Source: Alphaproteobacteria bacterium (lineage in GTDB: Bacteria; Pseudomonadota; Alphaproteobacteria; RF32; CAG-239). From it: a stretch of 50,707 nucleotides of DNA. The notes under the pieces were generated by a model. It was given only the letters and a program-made list of their open reading frames with translations, did not search any database and was not told where the DNA came from. Every line of letters begins with the position of its first letter. Position 1 is the first letter of the stretch. Made by a program: the position numbers and the translations under genes. The stretch is taken from contig JAHHRI010000005.1 of assembly GCA_020025875.1 (NCBI GenBank), forward strand, positions 1 to 50,707, read 5' to 3'. Positions 1 through 8,023 of the stretch are shown one piece after another.

Positions 1-238
1 CAAGGAAAATTCAGTTTTAACGCTGCCGTTCGTCAAATGCGGGAATATAAAAAATACGGTTAAGCTTTCTGCCGATGCCACAAGAGTAAAATTTATCAAT
101 CAAGGGGAAAAGAAGCGCAAGACGAACAAGGAAAATTCAGTTTTAACGCTGCCGTTCGTCAAATGCGGGAATATAAAAAATGCGGTTAAGCTTTCCACCG
201 ATGCCACAAGAGTAAAATTTATCAATCAAGGGGAAAAG
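1..238. repeat. Tandem direct repeat: two ~112-bp copies (1-112 and 127-238) with a 14-bp spacer. The array may continue upstream of the window.
   Basis: Both copies run CAAGGAAAATTCAGTTTTAACGCTGCCGTTCGTCAAATGCGGG...ATCAATCAAGGGGAAAAG, with about 3 mismatches by eye. No ORF of 60 aa or more in any frame. Confidence 0.9.
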
Positions 239-265
239 GCTTAAGGTCGGCTTGCTCTTTGCTGT

Positions 266-590
266 CCATGAATCTCTTTCACGCTCTTTCTCTCTTCCTG
301 CCTTTCCTGCTCTCATGTTTACGCTCTTTCTTTCTCCGCCTTTCCCGCTCTCACTTTCACGCTCTTTCTTTCTCTGTCTTTCCCACTCTCACTTTCACGC
401 TCTTTCTCTCTCTGTCTTTCCCGCTCTCAGGTTCACGCTCGTTCTTTCTCCGCCTTTCCCGCTCTCACTTTCACGCTCTCACTTTCACGCTCTTTCTCTC
501 TTCCTGCCTTTCCCGCTCTCATGTTTACGCTCTTTCTCTCTCCGTCTTTCCCGCTCACTTTTTTTCACCTTTTTCAGCGGTAAAAATTTG
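266..590. repeat. Pyrimidine-rich minisatellite of about 8 units of 38-40 bp. The core 12-mer CTTTCNCGCTCT (AGAGCGNGAAAG on the other strand) occurs about 15 times.
   Basis: ACGCTC recurs at 281, 321, 359, 397, 435, 473, 487 and 527. Units alternate a long half (CTTTCACGCTCTTTCTYTCTCYGY) with a short half (CTTTCCCGCTCTCA). The + strand is more than 80 percent C/T. Confidence 0.9.
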
Positions 591-649
591 TTCGTTAAAG
601 ATTGGTTAGATTGTCGTAAGAGTCCTTTAACCTGTCGTTAATCACGGTA

Positions 650-979
650 TCAATACCAGTAGAATTTTAGAAAATAATGCACATAATACCAACAGCCACC
701 CAGCATAATAAGCGAGAGGACAAGCAGTCCGCCGCGTTTGGCAAGCCGTGTTTTTTTGAGAAAAAAGTGACGGTAAAAAAAGGCAAACGCTATTCCGTAT
801 AAGGCAACGATCACAAAATAGATCACTCTGTGTTGCAGAATGCTGCTTGAGTCGGAAATATAATAAACTGGCTTGCCGAAAAAAGAATTGAAAATCTCCA
901 AAGCAAAAGTCGAAAAAAAGACCAACCAGCAGAAAGCGAAAATAAAATTGACACTGTTGGAAATAAATTTGTTGTTCAT
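650..979 (-). CDS. Small 3-TM membrane protein of unknown function, paralogous to the gene immediately upstream.
   Basis: ORF 650..1033. The internal ATG at 979 has GGAG 6 nt upstream and sits 37 nt after the stop of the preceding gene. Three hydrophobic segments, and the motif FFYRHFF is shared with neighbouring paralogs. Confidence 0.55.
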   Translation of the reverse strand: MNNKFISNSVNFIFAFCWLVFFSTFALEIFNSFFGKPVYYISDSSSILQHRVIYFVIVALYGIAFAFFYRHFFLKKTRLAKRGGLLVLSLIMLGGCWYYVHYFLKFYWY

Positions 980-1016
980 GGTAAACTCCGATGTAAAAAA
1001 CGCTTGCAAAATTCGG

Positions 1017-1481
1017 TTAGCGGATATGTTCAAGATAGTAGGTAAACCAAGCTGAAGACGTTATTTCCCATTGCGGATATTTTTCTACAAAATAGGTGTC
1101 GACATAGGTCAGTTCAAAAGCCGGAACAAAGAGGGCAAAAGAAACGAGCAAAACAACGGTTTTGTTCCATAGGTTGCGCGGACAGAAAAAATAGCAGCGG
1201 TAAAAATGCCTTCCGACCCAAAGGTAGAAGAAAAGCAGGGTGTAGTGAACCGCCATATAAATATAGATGTTTCTCCCATAGGTGTCTGCATTGCGAAACA
1301 CGCCGACGGAGGCGTTGTCGATCTGTTTGAACAGATAGCCGAAAAACAACAGCCATATGACGGTAAATGTTAAATTGAGCAGTGCATTATACAGATTTTC
1401 CAACCATGGTGGAAAAATAAGCTCATTATCTTCGGTGAAAAATGTTGCAATACGTTCATATTTTGTTTTTTTGTCAGTCAT
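1017..1481 (-). CDS. Small 3-TM membrane protein of unknown function (154 aa).
   Basis: Three hydrophobic segments (LTFTVIWLLFFGYLF, IYIYMAVHYTLLFFYLWVGRHFY, VVLLVSFALFVPAF). A promoter-like element lies about 35 nt upstream. Confidence 0.55.
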   Translation of the reverse strand: MTDKKTKYERIATFFTEDNELIFPPWLENLYNALLNLTFTVIWLLFFGYLFKQIDNASVGVFRNADTYGRNIYIYMAVHYTLLFFYLWVGRHFYRCYFFCPRNLWNKTVVLLVSFALFVPAFELTYVDTYFVEKYPQWEITSSAWFTYYLEHIR

Positions 1482-1515
1482 GGAAACCCCACAGATTGCA
1501 ATAGTTTATGGGTAT

Positions 1516-1544
1516 TGTATAATACAAACGAGTTTATTTGTCAA
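1516..1544 (-). promoter_or_regulatory. Sigma70-like promoter TTGACA-17-TATACA for the 1481 gene. A second copy of the extended -35 (CCGATTGACA) lies at 1656-1666.
   Basis: Read directly on the minus strand: tccgaTTGACAaataaactcgtttgtatTATACAatacc. Confidence 0.4.
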
Positions 1545-1750
1545 TCGGAAGTAGCTATATTTGTTTATTTTGCAACCGTAGGTTGTAAAATCTTGTAGTT
1601 CATTAAAAAAACATCATTTATTATAAACGGATTTTTATAAAAATAAATATTTTTCTGTCAATCGGATAACATTTTTATTTTTTTGCCGAGTGCTGAAAAG
1701 CAAAAAAAGGGAGGAAGAGCCATTTTCTCACCGACGAAATGACGATTCGC

Positions 1751-1788
1751 AAAAAAAATCGGGCAGCGTATTGAAAAAGTGCCGTCCG
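1751..1788 (-). terminator. Rho-independent terminator downstream of the Tlde1-like gene.
   Basis: Minus strand CGGACGGC-loop-GCTGCCCG (7 of 8 pairs) followed by T8. Confidence 0.55.
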
Positions 1789-1942
1789 CGGTTATGTGAA
1801 AGTGTTATGGTTTGTTTTTGATATGCAAAAACAGCAACACCCTATTGTATGGTTTTGCGTGTCCAACCTTTGGCGAGTGTTTTGGGGCTGCCTAATCGGC
1901 TCTCAATCGGCGATAATAATAACACATAATAATGGACATTAT

Positions 1943-2677
1943 CTATTTTTTGCGCTTATTCCAGTCGTTGTATTTGTATTTGACACGGAGATTCATCGGA
2001 TATTCGCCGGCTCGAATAAACTTTGCCACTTCATCCATGTTGTCGGTTGTGTCGATGCAACCGGCAGATCCCGGAATTTCGCCGCCGTGGATATAAAAGC
2101 CGTTACGGTTTTTGGTGTCGGTGAGAAATTCGTCCGGCTGCAGCTTAATGCGATGCTTTCCCCACGAGCGGGTGCCTCCGCGCCAAGGCGTTTCTCCGTT
2201 GGCGCCGCGCCAATAAGGTTTTTCTTTTTCCGGCGAATAGGTTTCGAGCTCATCGGGGTTCAGATGCCAAACGCCTTCGGGAATAGGACCGATATTTTGA
2301 ATTTCGGTTGCTTCGCGGCTTTGATAGCCTTCTTTTCCGGACATGGCGGGCCACGATTTTAAGGTTTTTCCATTGTTGACGGCGGTTAGATTTTGCCCGT
2401 CAAATTCCATTTCCGGAGTGTCGTTTACGCCAAAAGCCGGCCAAGAAGAAACCGGCTTGCCGTTGCGATACAGGCTAAAGGTTGAACCGTCGCTTTTCAG
2501 CTGCGTGTGCGGTTTTTGTGTTTTTTGTTCCATCTCGTCATTATAGTCGGCAAGCTGCTGTTCAAGAAATTCGCGCGTGGTCATTTCCTTTTTGGGGGAA
2601 GGGACGTTGTAGGGTTGTAATCCGTATATATTCGGCAGCAACGGGTAAGGAGCGTTATCTTCATCATATCTACTCAT
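1943..2677 (-). CDS. DUF2778/Tlde1-like L,D-transpeptidase-fold protein (244 aa), a candidate peptidoglycan-targeting toxin.
   Basis: The C-terminal half reads SWPAMSGKEGYQS..NIGPIPEGVWHL..HRIKLQP..NGFYIHGGEIPGSAGCID, which is a YkuD-like His...Ser-x-Gly-Cys layout as I recall it for DUF2778. There is no signal peptide. SD AAAGGA lies 8 nt before the ATG. Confidence 0.55.
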   Translation of the reverse strand: MSRYDEDNAPYPLLPNIYGLQPYNVPSPKKEMTTREFLEQQLADYNDEMEQKTQKPHTQLKSDGSTFSLYRNGKPVSSWPAFGVNDTPEMEFDGQNLTAVNNGKTLKSWPAMSGKEGYQSREATEIQNIGPIPEGVWHLNPDELETYSPEKEKPYWRGANGETPWRGGTRSWGKHRIKLQPDEFLTDTKNRNGFYIHGGEIPGSAGCIDTTDNMDEVAKFIRAGEYPMNLRVKYKYNDWNKRKK

Positions 2678-2697
2678 TTTGTATTCCTTTGATCAAT

Positions 2698-2722
2698 AAA
2701 AAAACGCCGGAAAACTCCGGCG
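2698..2722 (-). terminator. Intrinsic terminator hairpin plus U-run ending about 20 nt upstream of the 2677 start codon. It may act as an attenuator.
   Basis: Minus strand CGCCGG-agtttt-CCGGCG followed by T8. Confidence 0.55.
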
Positions 2723-2829
2723 CGGTTAAATAAAAAAAATCGGTGTGTTGTTTGAATCCACTGTGTTAAAGAAAACACGGCACCAAACGGAAAGTGCCGG
2801 CTGTTTATCCGCCGAAGCGGATAAGGCAC

Positions 2830-2852
2830 AAAAAAAGGCGGAAACAGCCGCC
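2830..2852 (-). terminator. Intrinsic terminator downstream of the 2991..3446 gene.
   Basis: Minus strand GGCGG-ctgttt-CCGCC followed by T7. Confidence 0.6.
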
Positions 2853-2990
2853 TTGTCGTTAATGTGATATACTTATCGCATTATAAATATCATATATCAT
2901 AAAAGAACGAAAAAATCAATACGGTCCCGCAAAGGTTGTGGATAACTGATTGCATCAACAATACCGAAGTCTTTGCAAAAAGCGGCTTAA

Positions 2991-3446
2991 TCAACGGAGC
3001 GTGCGGACAATATCTTCGTCTGCCCACGGCGTAAATTCCGTTGCGGCAATATGGGGCAGGAGGGAAGCAAAGCTTTCTTCAAGCAACGGCAGCAGCCAAG
3101 AAATCAGCAGCGCAAATCCCATCGAGCTCAGCAATATCAAAAGTTTTTTGCCCATTCCTACTTTTTCGATAAACATCCCGCGGAAGAAATAGACCGCAAG
3201 CGGCACCGCCAACGCCAGCGTGATGCCGATTTCAAACATCACCATATAAACGCCCGAACAAGGCGTTTGCGGTACCGAAAAATCGCAGTAACAGCCTTTG
3301 GACACGACCATGATCAAAATATGCCCGATTTCCGTAAAAAAGAACCACCAACCGGCGGCAAACACAAAAACCAAGAGCCGGTTTATCCATTGAACGGCGA
3401 GATGCTCGCGCCGCCTGTTGTCGGCATAAGAATAGTGCAATGTCAT
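2991..3446 (-). CDS. 3-TM membrane protein of unknown function (151 aa), a possible third paralog of the 650/1017 genes.
   Basis: Hydrophobic segments LLVFVFAAGWWFFFTEIG, ITLALAVPLAVYFFRGMF and LLILLSSMGFALLISWLLPLL, arranged as in the two downstream paralogs. Confidence 0.5.
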   Translation of the reverse strand: MTLHYSYADNRRREHLAVQWINRLLVFVFAAGWWFFFTEIGHILIMVVSKGCYCDFSVPQTPCSGVYMVMFEIGITLALAVPLAVYFFRGMFIEKVGMGKKLLILLSSMGFALLISWLLPLLEESFASLLPHIAATEFTPWADEDIVRTLR

Positions 3447-3620
3447 ATTTTTCTCCGAAAATTAAAATGCGTTATCACTATAAAACAAATCGGCAAGATA
3501 GACAATCTCTTGTCTTAAAAAAGTGAGAAATTGGGAAAAACTGTCATTGCCCTGTTTGTTTCCCTTGTAATTTTATCAAATTGTTTTATTTTCATAAAGA
3601 TAAGACGGAGGGAAGGTAAG

Positions 3621-4283
3621 ATGCGCAAACTGAATACAGACAGACTGAAAGCGGTGGTGTTCGATTGGGACGGAACACTGGCAGAAACCCGCACGCCCCG
3701 ACTGTGGGCAGTCAATCAGATTATGGCAAAATATGGTTTGCCGGATTGGGAAAGCACCCGTGAAAGGCAGGATAAGTTCTTGTCGTTTATGGATAATTTT
3801 CCGTTAATATTCGGCGATGCCGCCGCGCAGGCCTATGACGAATATGCCAAACTTTACAAAGCCAATGTGGCACGGATGATTAAAACTTTCTCCGGCGTGC
3901 GCGAAACGCTTGCCTTTTTCCGTCAAAAAGGGGTTAAGATGGCCATTATGACCAACAAAGACCGAAAATTGTTGGCGTTTGAACTGCCGTTTTTGTTCGA
4001 TGCCTCTCTTTTTGATCGTATTGTCTGCGGTCATGAAGCGGCCAATGATAAACCCTGTGGCGACCACGCTCTCGCGGCGCTGCAAGGGCTGGTGGAAACA
4101 AGTGACATTTCTGAGCAAACGGTATGGATTGTCGGCGACAGCGTGCTTGACAATATGTGCGCCGAGGCCGTCGGCGCTCTGCCCATCCGCATTCTCGGCG
4201 GCGGCAACACGGATAAGACAAAAAGCTCAAACGTGGTGTATTGTGACGGTTTTGCCCGATTTTATGACTTGTTGGCTGACTAA
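3621..4283 (+). CDS. HAD-superfamily hydrolase (phosphoglycolate-phosphatase-like).
   Basis: DxDGT motif VVFDWDGTLAET, then MTNK, then GDSVLD. ATG 3621 is preceded by GGAGGGAAGG. The longer ORF starting at 3531 is probably an extension artefact. Confidence 0.8.
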   Translation: MRKLNTDRLKAVVFDWDGTLAETRTPRLWAVNQIMAKYGLPDWESTRERQDKFLSFMDNFPLIFGDAAAQAYDEYAKLYKANVARMIKTFSGVRETLAFFRQKGVKMAIMTNKDRKLLAFELPFLFDASLFDRIVCGHEAANDKPCGDHALAALQGLVETSDISEQTVWIVGDSVLDNMCAEAVGALPIRILGGGNTDKTKSSNVVYCDGFARFYDLLAD

Positions 4284-4303
4284 ACCGCACGGAGACTGCC
4301 CGA

Positions 4304-5851
4304 ATGAAACAAAAAAACAACGACCAAAAATCATACTATCTGCGTCTGGCGCTGGTCGGAGTGGGTATTTTGCTGCTGCTGGTGCTCAACTACTTTTATT
4401 TTCGCAATAAAATTTCTTCCAATTCCGAACTGATTACCAGATATACCCGAAAGGCAGATCCGATGGAAAAATACCGCAATCCGGCGGTTGCCGGTTTATT
4501 CTATGCCGCCACCCCGCAAATGCTTGAACAGGAAGTTTCCGGTTATTTGCGGGGTGTCGAAAGCGCTTATGAGAGCGTGCCTAAAATTTTGATTGTGCCG
4601 CACGCCGGATATCGCTATTCTGCCTCTGCCGCCGCCAAAGCCTACGGACCGCTGGCGGCATTTTCCGAACGCATCAAATATGTTGTGCTGCTCGGGCCGT
4701 CTCATCGGGTTGCCCTAAACGGTGCCGCTCTGTCGTCTGCCGATGGCTTTTTTTCTCCGCTCGGAAAGGTGCCCGTCGATCGGGAGCTGACCGCGCAACT
4801 TGCCGCACATAAAAGTTTTGCCGTCAACGATGCGGCGCATCGGGACGAACACTCGTTGGAAGTTCAGTTGCCGTTTTTGCAAAAAGTGCTGACGGATTTT
4901 AAAATCGTGCCGATTGTTTACGGCGCCATAAATCCGCAGGAAACGGCAGAGGTATTGTTGCCCTATTTGCAAAGAGAAGATACGCTTTTGGTGGTTTCCG
5001 CCGATTTGTCGCATTATTATCCCTATGAAGAGGCGCAAGCGGCAGATTGGGAAACGGCAGCCCAAATCAATGCCGTTTCACCGGAAATTGACAGCCGTCA
5101 ATCTTGCGGTGCCGAGGGCATTAACAGCGCCTTAATTTTGGCACAAATGCTGCATCTTCGCCCAAAAATTCTGTCATTAATCAACTCCGGCGATACGGGC
5201 GGAAATAGGGAGCGTGTTGTCGGCTACGGCGCTTGGGTTTTTGCTCAAGACGGCGCTTTGGAACGAGAAACCGCGGCACTTGAAAGTTATGCCGCCGTTT
5301 ATCGAAAAGATTTGCTGCGGATTGCGCGTACCGCGTTGGAAGAAGCCGTGTTGCACGGCAGAAGTTTTGAGCCGGATCGTGCCGACTATCCCGATCAACT
5401 GTTTGACAAAGGGGCGTCATTTGTCACCTTGGACAAAGACTTTTCGCTGCGTGGCTGTGTCGGCTCTTTGCAACCACGGCGGGCTGTTGCGCTGGATATT
5501 GCCGAAAACGCTTATAACGCGGCACTAAAAGACAGCCGCTTTTTGCCGGTTGAAAGCAAAGAGCTGGAAAAACTCCAAATTTCCGTCTCACTTCTGACCG
5601 GTTTTGAGGCCGTCGATTACCAAAGCGAGGAAGATTTGCTGGCGCAAGTCCGTGCCGGTGTTGACGGATTGGTGATTCGTGACGGCAGCCGCCAAGGGGT
5701 GTTCCTGCCTTCTGTTTGGAAACAACTACCGGAAAAAAAAGATTTTTTTGATCAACTGAAGCTAAAAGCCGGAATGAGTCCGAGCTACTGGTCGAATGCG
5801 ATTAAAGTTTACCGTTTCAGAACTGTGGAGATAAAAGAAAATGAAAATTAA
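4304..5851 (+). CDS. Memo-like (AmmeMemoRadiSam protein B) fused to AMMECR1 (protein A), with an N-terminal TM anchor.
   Basis: Memo motifs: ILIVPHAGYRYSASAAAKAY, DEHSLEVQLPFL, SADLSHY, QSCGAEG. AMMECR1 motifs: LRGCVGSLQP, DSRFLPV, GVFLPSVW. Hydrophobic N-terminus: LALVGVGILLLLVLNYFYF. Confidence 0.8.
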   Translation: MKQKNNDQKSYYLRLALVGVGILLLLVLNYFYFRNKISSNSELITRYTRKADPMEKYRNPAVAGLFYAATPQMLEQEVSGYLRGVESAYESVPKILIVPHAGYRYSASAAAKAYGPLAAFSERIKYVVLLGPSHRVALNGAALSSADGFFSPLGKVPVDRELTAQLAAHKSFAVNDAAHRDEHSLEVQLPFLQKVLTDFKIVPIVYGAINPQETAEVLLPYLQREDTLLVVSADLSHYYPYEEAQAADWETAAQINAVSPEIDSRQSCGAEGINSALILAQMLHLRPKILSLINSGDTGGNRERVVGYGAWVFAQDGALERETAALESYAAVYRKDLLRIARTALEEAVLHGRSFEPDRADYPDQLFDKGASFVTLDKDFSLRGCVGSLQPRRAVALDIAENAYNAALKDSRFLPVESKELEKLQISVSLLTGFEAVDYQSEEDLLAQVRAGVDGLVIRDGSRQGVFLPSVWKQLPEKKDFFDQLKLKAGMSPSYWSNAIKVYRFRTVEIKENEN

Positions 5852-7556
5852 CGGATATGATATTAAATATGACGAAGCCGAATTGAAAAACAGAATGGAA
5901 AACCAGACGCTGGAGATTCGCCTGATTGCGCCGGATTTTGAAGGCTATAAAAACTTAAGCGAAGGCAACCAAAAAGCCCTTAAGCATTTGGTTGCGGCAG
6001 CCCGAATGATCAATGACGTTGCACTCATGCAGGATCATCCGGCAAACATATCCCAGAAAAAAGGCTTGGAAGCAGCGGCGACAGACAGCTCCTATGCGGC
6101 GCAGGCGCTTCAATTGTTCAATGCTCTAAACGGTGTCGCCGGTTTTAACGGTGTGGACAAGGAGCCGGTGGAGGTTTTTGCCGGCCTTCACCTGCTGCCG
6201 GGGCACAATTTTTATCCTGCCGATTTGTCGCCCGAAGAACTGCGGAACATTGTGTCCGAAATGTTAGACCGCGGGCAAAAAGACGAAGTGCAAAAAATAC
6301 TCAGTGCGCGCACAATGGTTCGTCGAAACGGTGATATCCTGAAAGCGATTGATTATACTCAATATTTTGCCGATATTTTTGCGGCGGTTGCCAATGAATT
6401 GGAAGTGGCGGCTCATTATACCGACGACGCGGCGTTTAAGGAATATCTGGGTTGGCAGGCACAGGCGTTGTTGCAAAACAATCCCGATATGGATATGCTG
6501 GCAGACCGTCATTGGGCGCTTTTGCAGGATACGCCGCTGGAGTTTACTTTGAGCCGCGAAAATTATGACGACGAAATGACGCCGACCGTCTATGACGATG
6601 AAACATTGAAAAACAAGCTGGCAGAAAACGGGATTGAGGCTGTTTCCAAAGATACGTTGGGCGCCCGTGTCGGAATTGTCAATAAGGCGGGAACGGATTT
6701 GATTTTGCAATTTAAAAAGCATCTGCCCGAATTGGCGGTCAAAATGCCGTTTGCCGACACATACAGACAAAACGTGCTTGACGGCGAAGAACTGAAACAA
6801 ACCATGGTTGACGTTGATCTGATCGATCTGCAAGGAGATTATGCGCAGTGCCGAGGAGGCATCACCACCGCCCAAAATCTGCCCAACAACGACAAACTGT
6901 CGGTTCAGACGGGAGGAGGACGGCGCAATGTATATCATCGGCAGGTACGCATGAGTGTTGATCGGGAGAAAGAGCGCAAAATGCTAGAACGCCTGCTTGA
7001 TCCCGCGTTGCATCGCTATTTTGACGGCGAGGCCGATCATTTGTTTGTCATCGGACACGAGAACGGGCATTCGCTTGGCCCCGACAGTTCGTACCAGAAT
7101 GCGCTCGGCGCTTATAAGCACATAATTGAGGAACATAAGGCCGATACCGTTTCTCTGGCGTTTATGCCGGAATATGTCAAGGCCGGTGTGATCGACGAAG
7201 AAACGCTGAAAAAAGTTTATGTCAGCTATATTGCCGGACGGATGTTTCTTGCCGCCCGCCCGCATATGATGTTGCCGCACCGCATGGGGGAGCTGATCCA
7301 GTTTAACTATTTGCGCAAACACGGCATTATCGGCGAAACGGCAGACGGCAAAATAACGATCGACTTGCAAAACGCGGTTCATGTCTTTCATCGTTTGCTG
7401 GAGGAAACGATAGGCGTCCAGTTGTCAAAATCTGGAGAAACGGCGGCCGCCTTTGTGGAGCAATATACCGAGTGGTCTTTGCTTTCGCAGAAAATAGCGG
7501 CAGTACGGCAAGAATTGGGAATAAAACCCTATAAGCGGATCGTCCGTTATTTTTAA
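5841..7556 (+). CDS. M49 (DPP III)-like zinc peptidase with an atypical pentapeptide motif.
   Basis: HENGH at the position of the M49 HExxGH motif, plus a second motif EEHKAD. The gene overlaps the preceding CDS by 11 nt, and GGAGA lies before the ATG. Confidence 0.65.
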   Translation: MKINGYDIKYDEAELKNRMENQTLEIRLIAPDFEGYKNLSEGNQKALKHLVAAARMINDVALMQDHPANISQKKGLEAAATDSSYAAQALQLFNALNGVAGFNGVDKEPVEVFAGLHLLPGHNFYPADLSPEELRNIVSEMLDRGQKDEVQKILSARTMVRRNGDILKAIDYTQYFADIFAAVANELEVAAHYTDDAAFKEYLGWQAQALLQNNPDMDMLADRHWALLQDTPLEFTLSRENYDDEMTPTVYDDETLKNKLAENGIEAVSKDTLGARVGIVNKAGTDLILQFKKHLPELAVKMPFADTYRQNVLDGEELKQTMVDVDLIDLQGDYAQCRGGITTAQNLPNNDKLSVQTGGGRRNVYHRQVRMSVDREKERKMLERLLDPALHRYFDGEADHLFVIGHENGHSLGPDSSYQNALGAYKHIIEEHKADTVSLAFMPEYVKAGVIDEETLKKVYVSYIAGRMFLAARPHMMLPHRMGELIQFNYLRKHGIIGETADGKITIDLQNAVHVFHRLLEETIGVQLSKSGETAAAFVEQYTEWSLLSQKIAAVRQELGIKPYKRIVRYF

Positions 7557-7643
7557 GTGCGGTAAAACTGTTAAAAAATGCTTGCACAAACGGGTGCTTT
7601 GCCGCATTATAAATGACATTGGACAAGAAAAAGGACGAGGTCT

Positions 7644-8012
7644 ATGTTTAAAAAGCTTATTGGCGGTGAGCTCAGCTTAAAAGACACTTTCTGGAAGTTT
7701 GGCGTGTTGGGAATGCTGACCGTTCATCTGGTCGTAAAAATTTTAGGCACCATGCTCTATCACAAGCTGCGCGGGTTGACCATTCTCGGATACTACACAA
7801 CCCGCAAATACGGGCTGGAAACGTCAACGGTCATTCTTACCATTTTGTATTTCAGTTCGCTTTGCTTTCTGTTGTTTTACGCCGTTTCGATGGTGATCGG
7901 CACATGGCGGAGTTCTGCCGAATATAACCGCAGTCTGTGGTTTCGGCATTTGGCACGGATTTTTATGATTTTGATTGTGATGGTCGTTTTGAAAAATGAT
8001 TTAAACCTGTAA
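7644..8012 (+). CDS. Small membrane protein of unknown function (122 aa).
   Basis: ORF with SD GGACGAGG upstream and three to four hydrophobic segments. Confidence 0.5.
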   Translation: MFKKLIGGELSLKDTFWKFGVLGMLTVHLVVKILGTMLYHKLRGLTILGYYTTRKYGLETSTVILTILYFSSLCFLLFYAVSMVIGTWRSSAEYNRSLWFRHLARIFMILIVMVVLKNDLNL

Positions 8013-8023
8013 AGGAAAAACGA

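Noticed and set aside
266-590. Possible CRISPR array (also considered for 36694-36990 and 21359-21543).
   Set aside because: The units are directly abutting and degenerate, with no unique spacers of regular length. There is no palindromic CRISPR-like repeat and there are no cas genes in the window.
252-641. Two overlapping + strand ORFs (129 and 116 aa) across the pyrimidine minisatellite.
   Set aside because: The open frames are an artefact of C/T-rich sequence, which cannot form stop codons. The translations are low-complexity S/L/F/P strings that change frame between repeat units, and there is no SD.
650-3446. Type VI secretion locus.
   Set aside because: Apart from the Tlde1-like domain, no Hcp, VgrG, PAAR, TssB/C or adaptor genes are present in the window. 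Only a toxin/immunity-style neighbourhood can be argued.
3531-3620. TM-like N-terminal extension of the HAD hydrolase, from a TTG start.
   Set aside because: A strong SD (GGAGGGAAGG) precedes ATG 3621, and the HAD DxD motif normally lies about 10 residues from the N-terminus.
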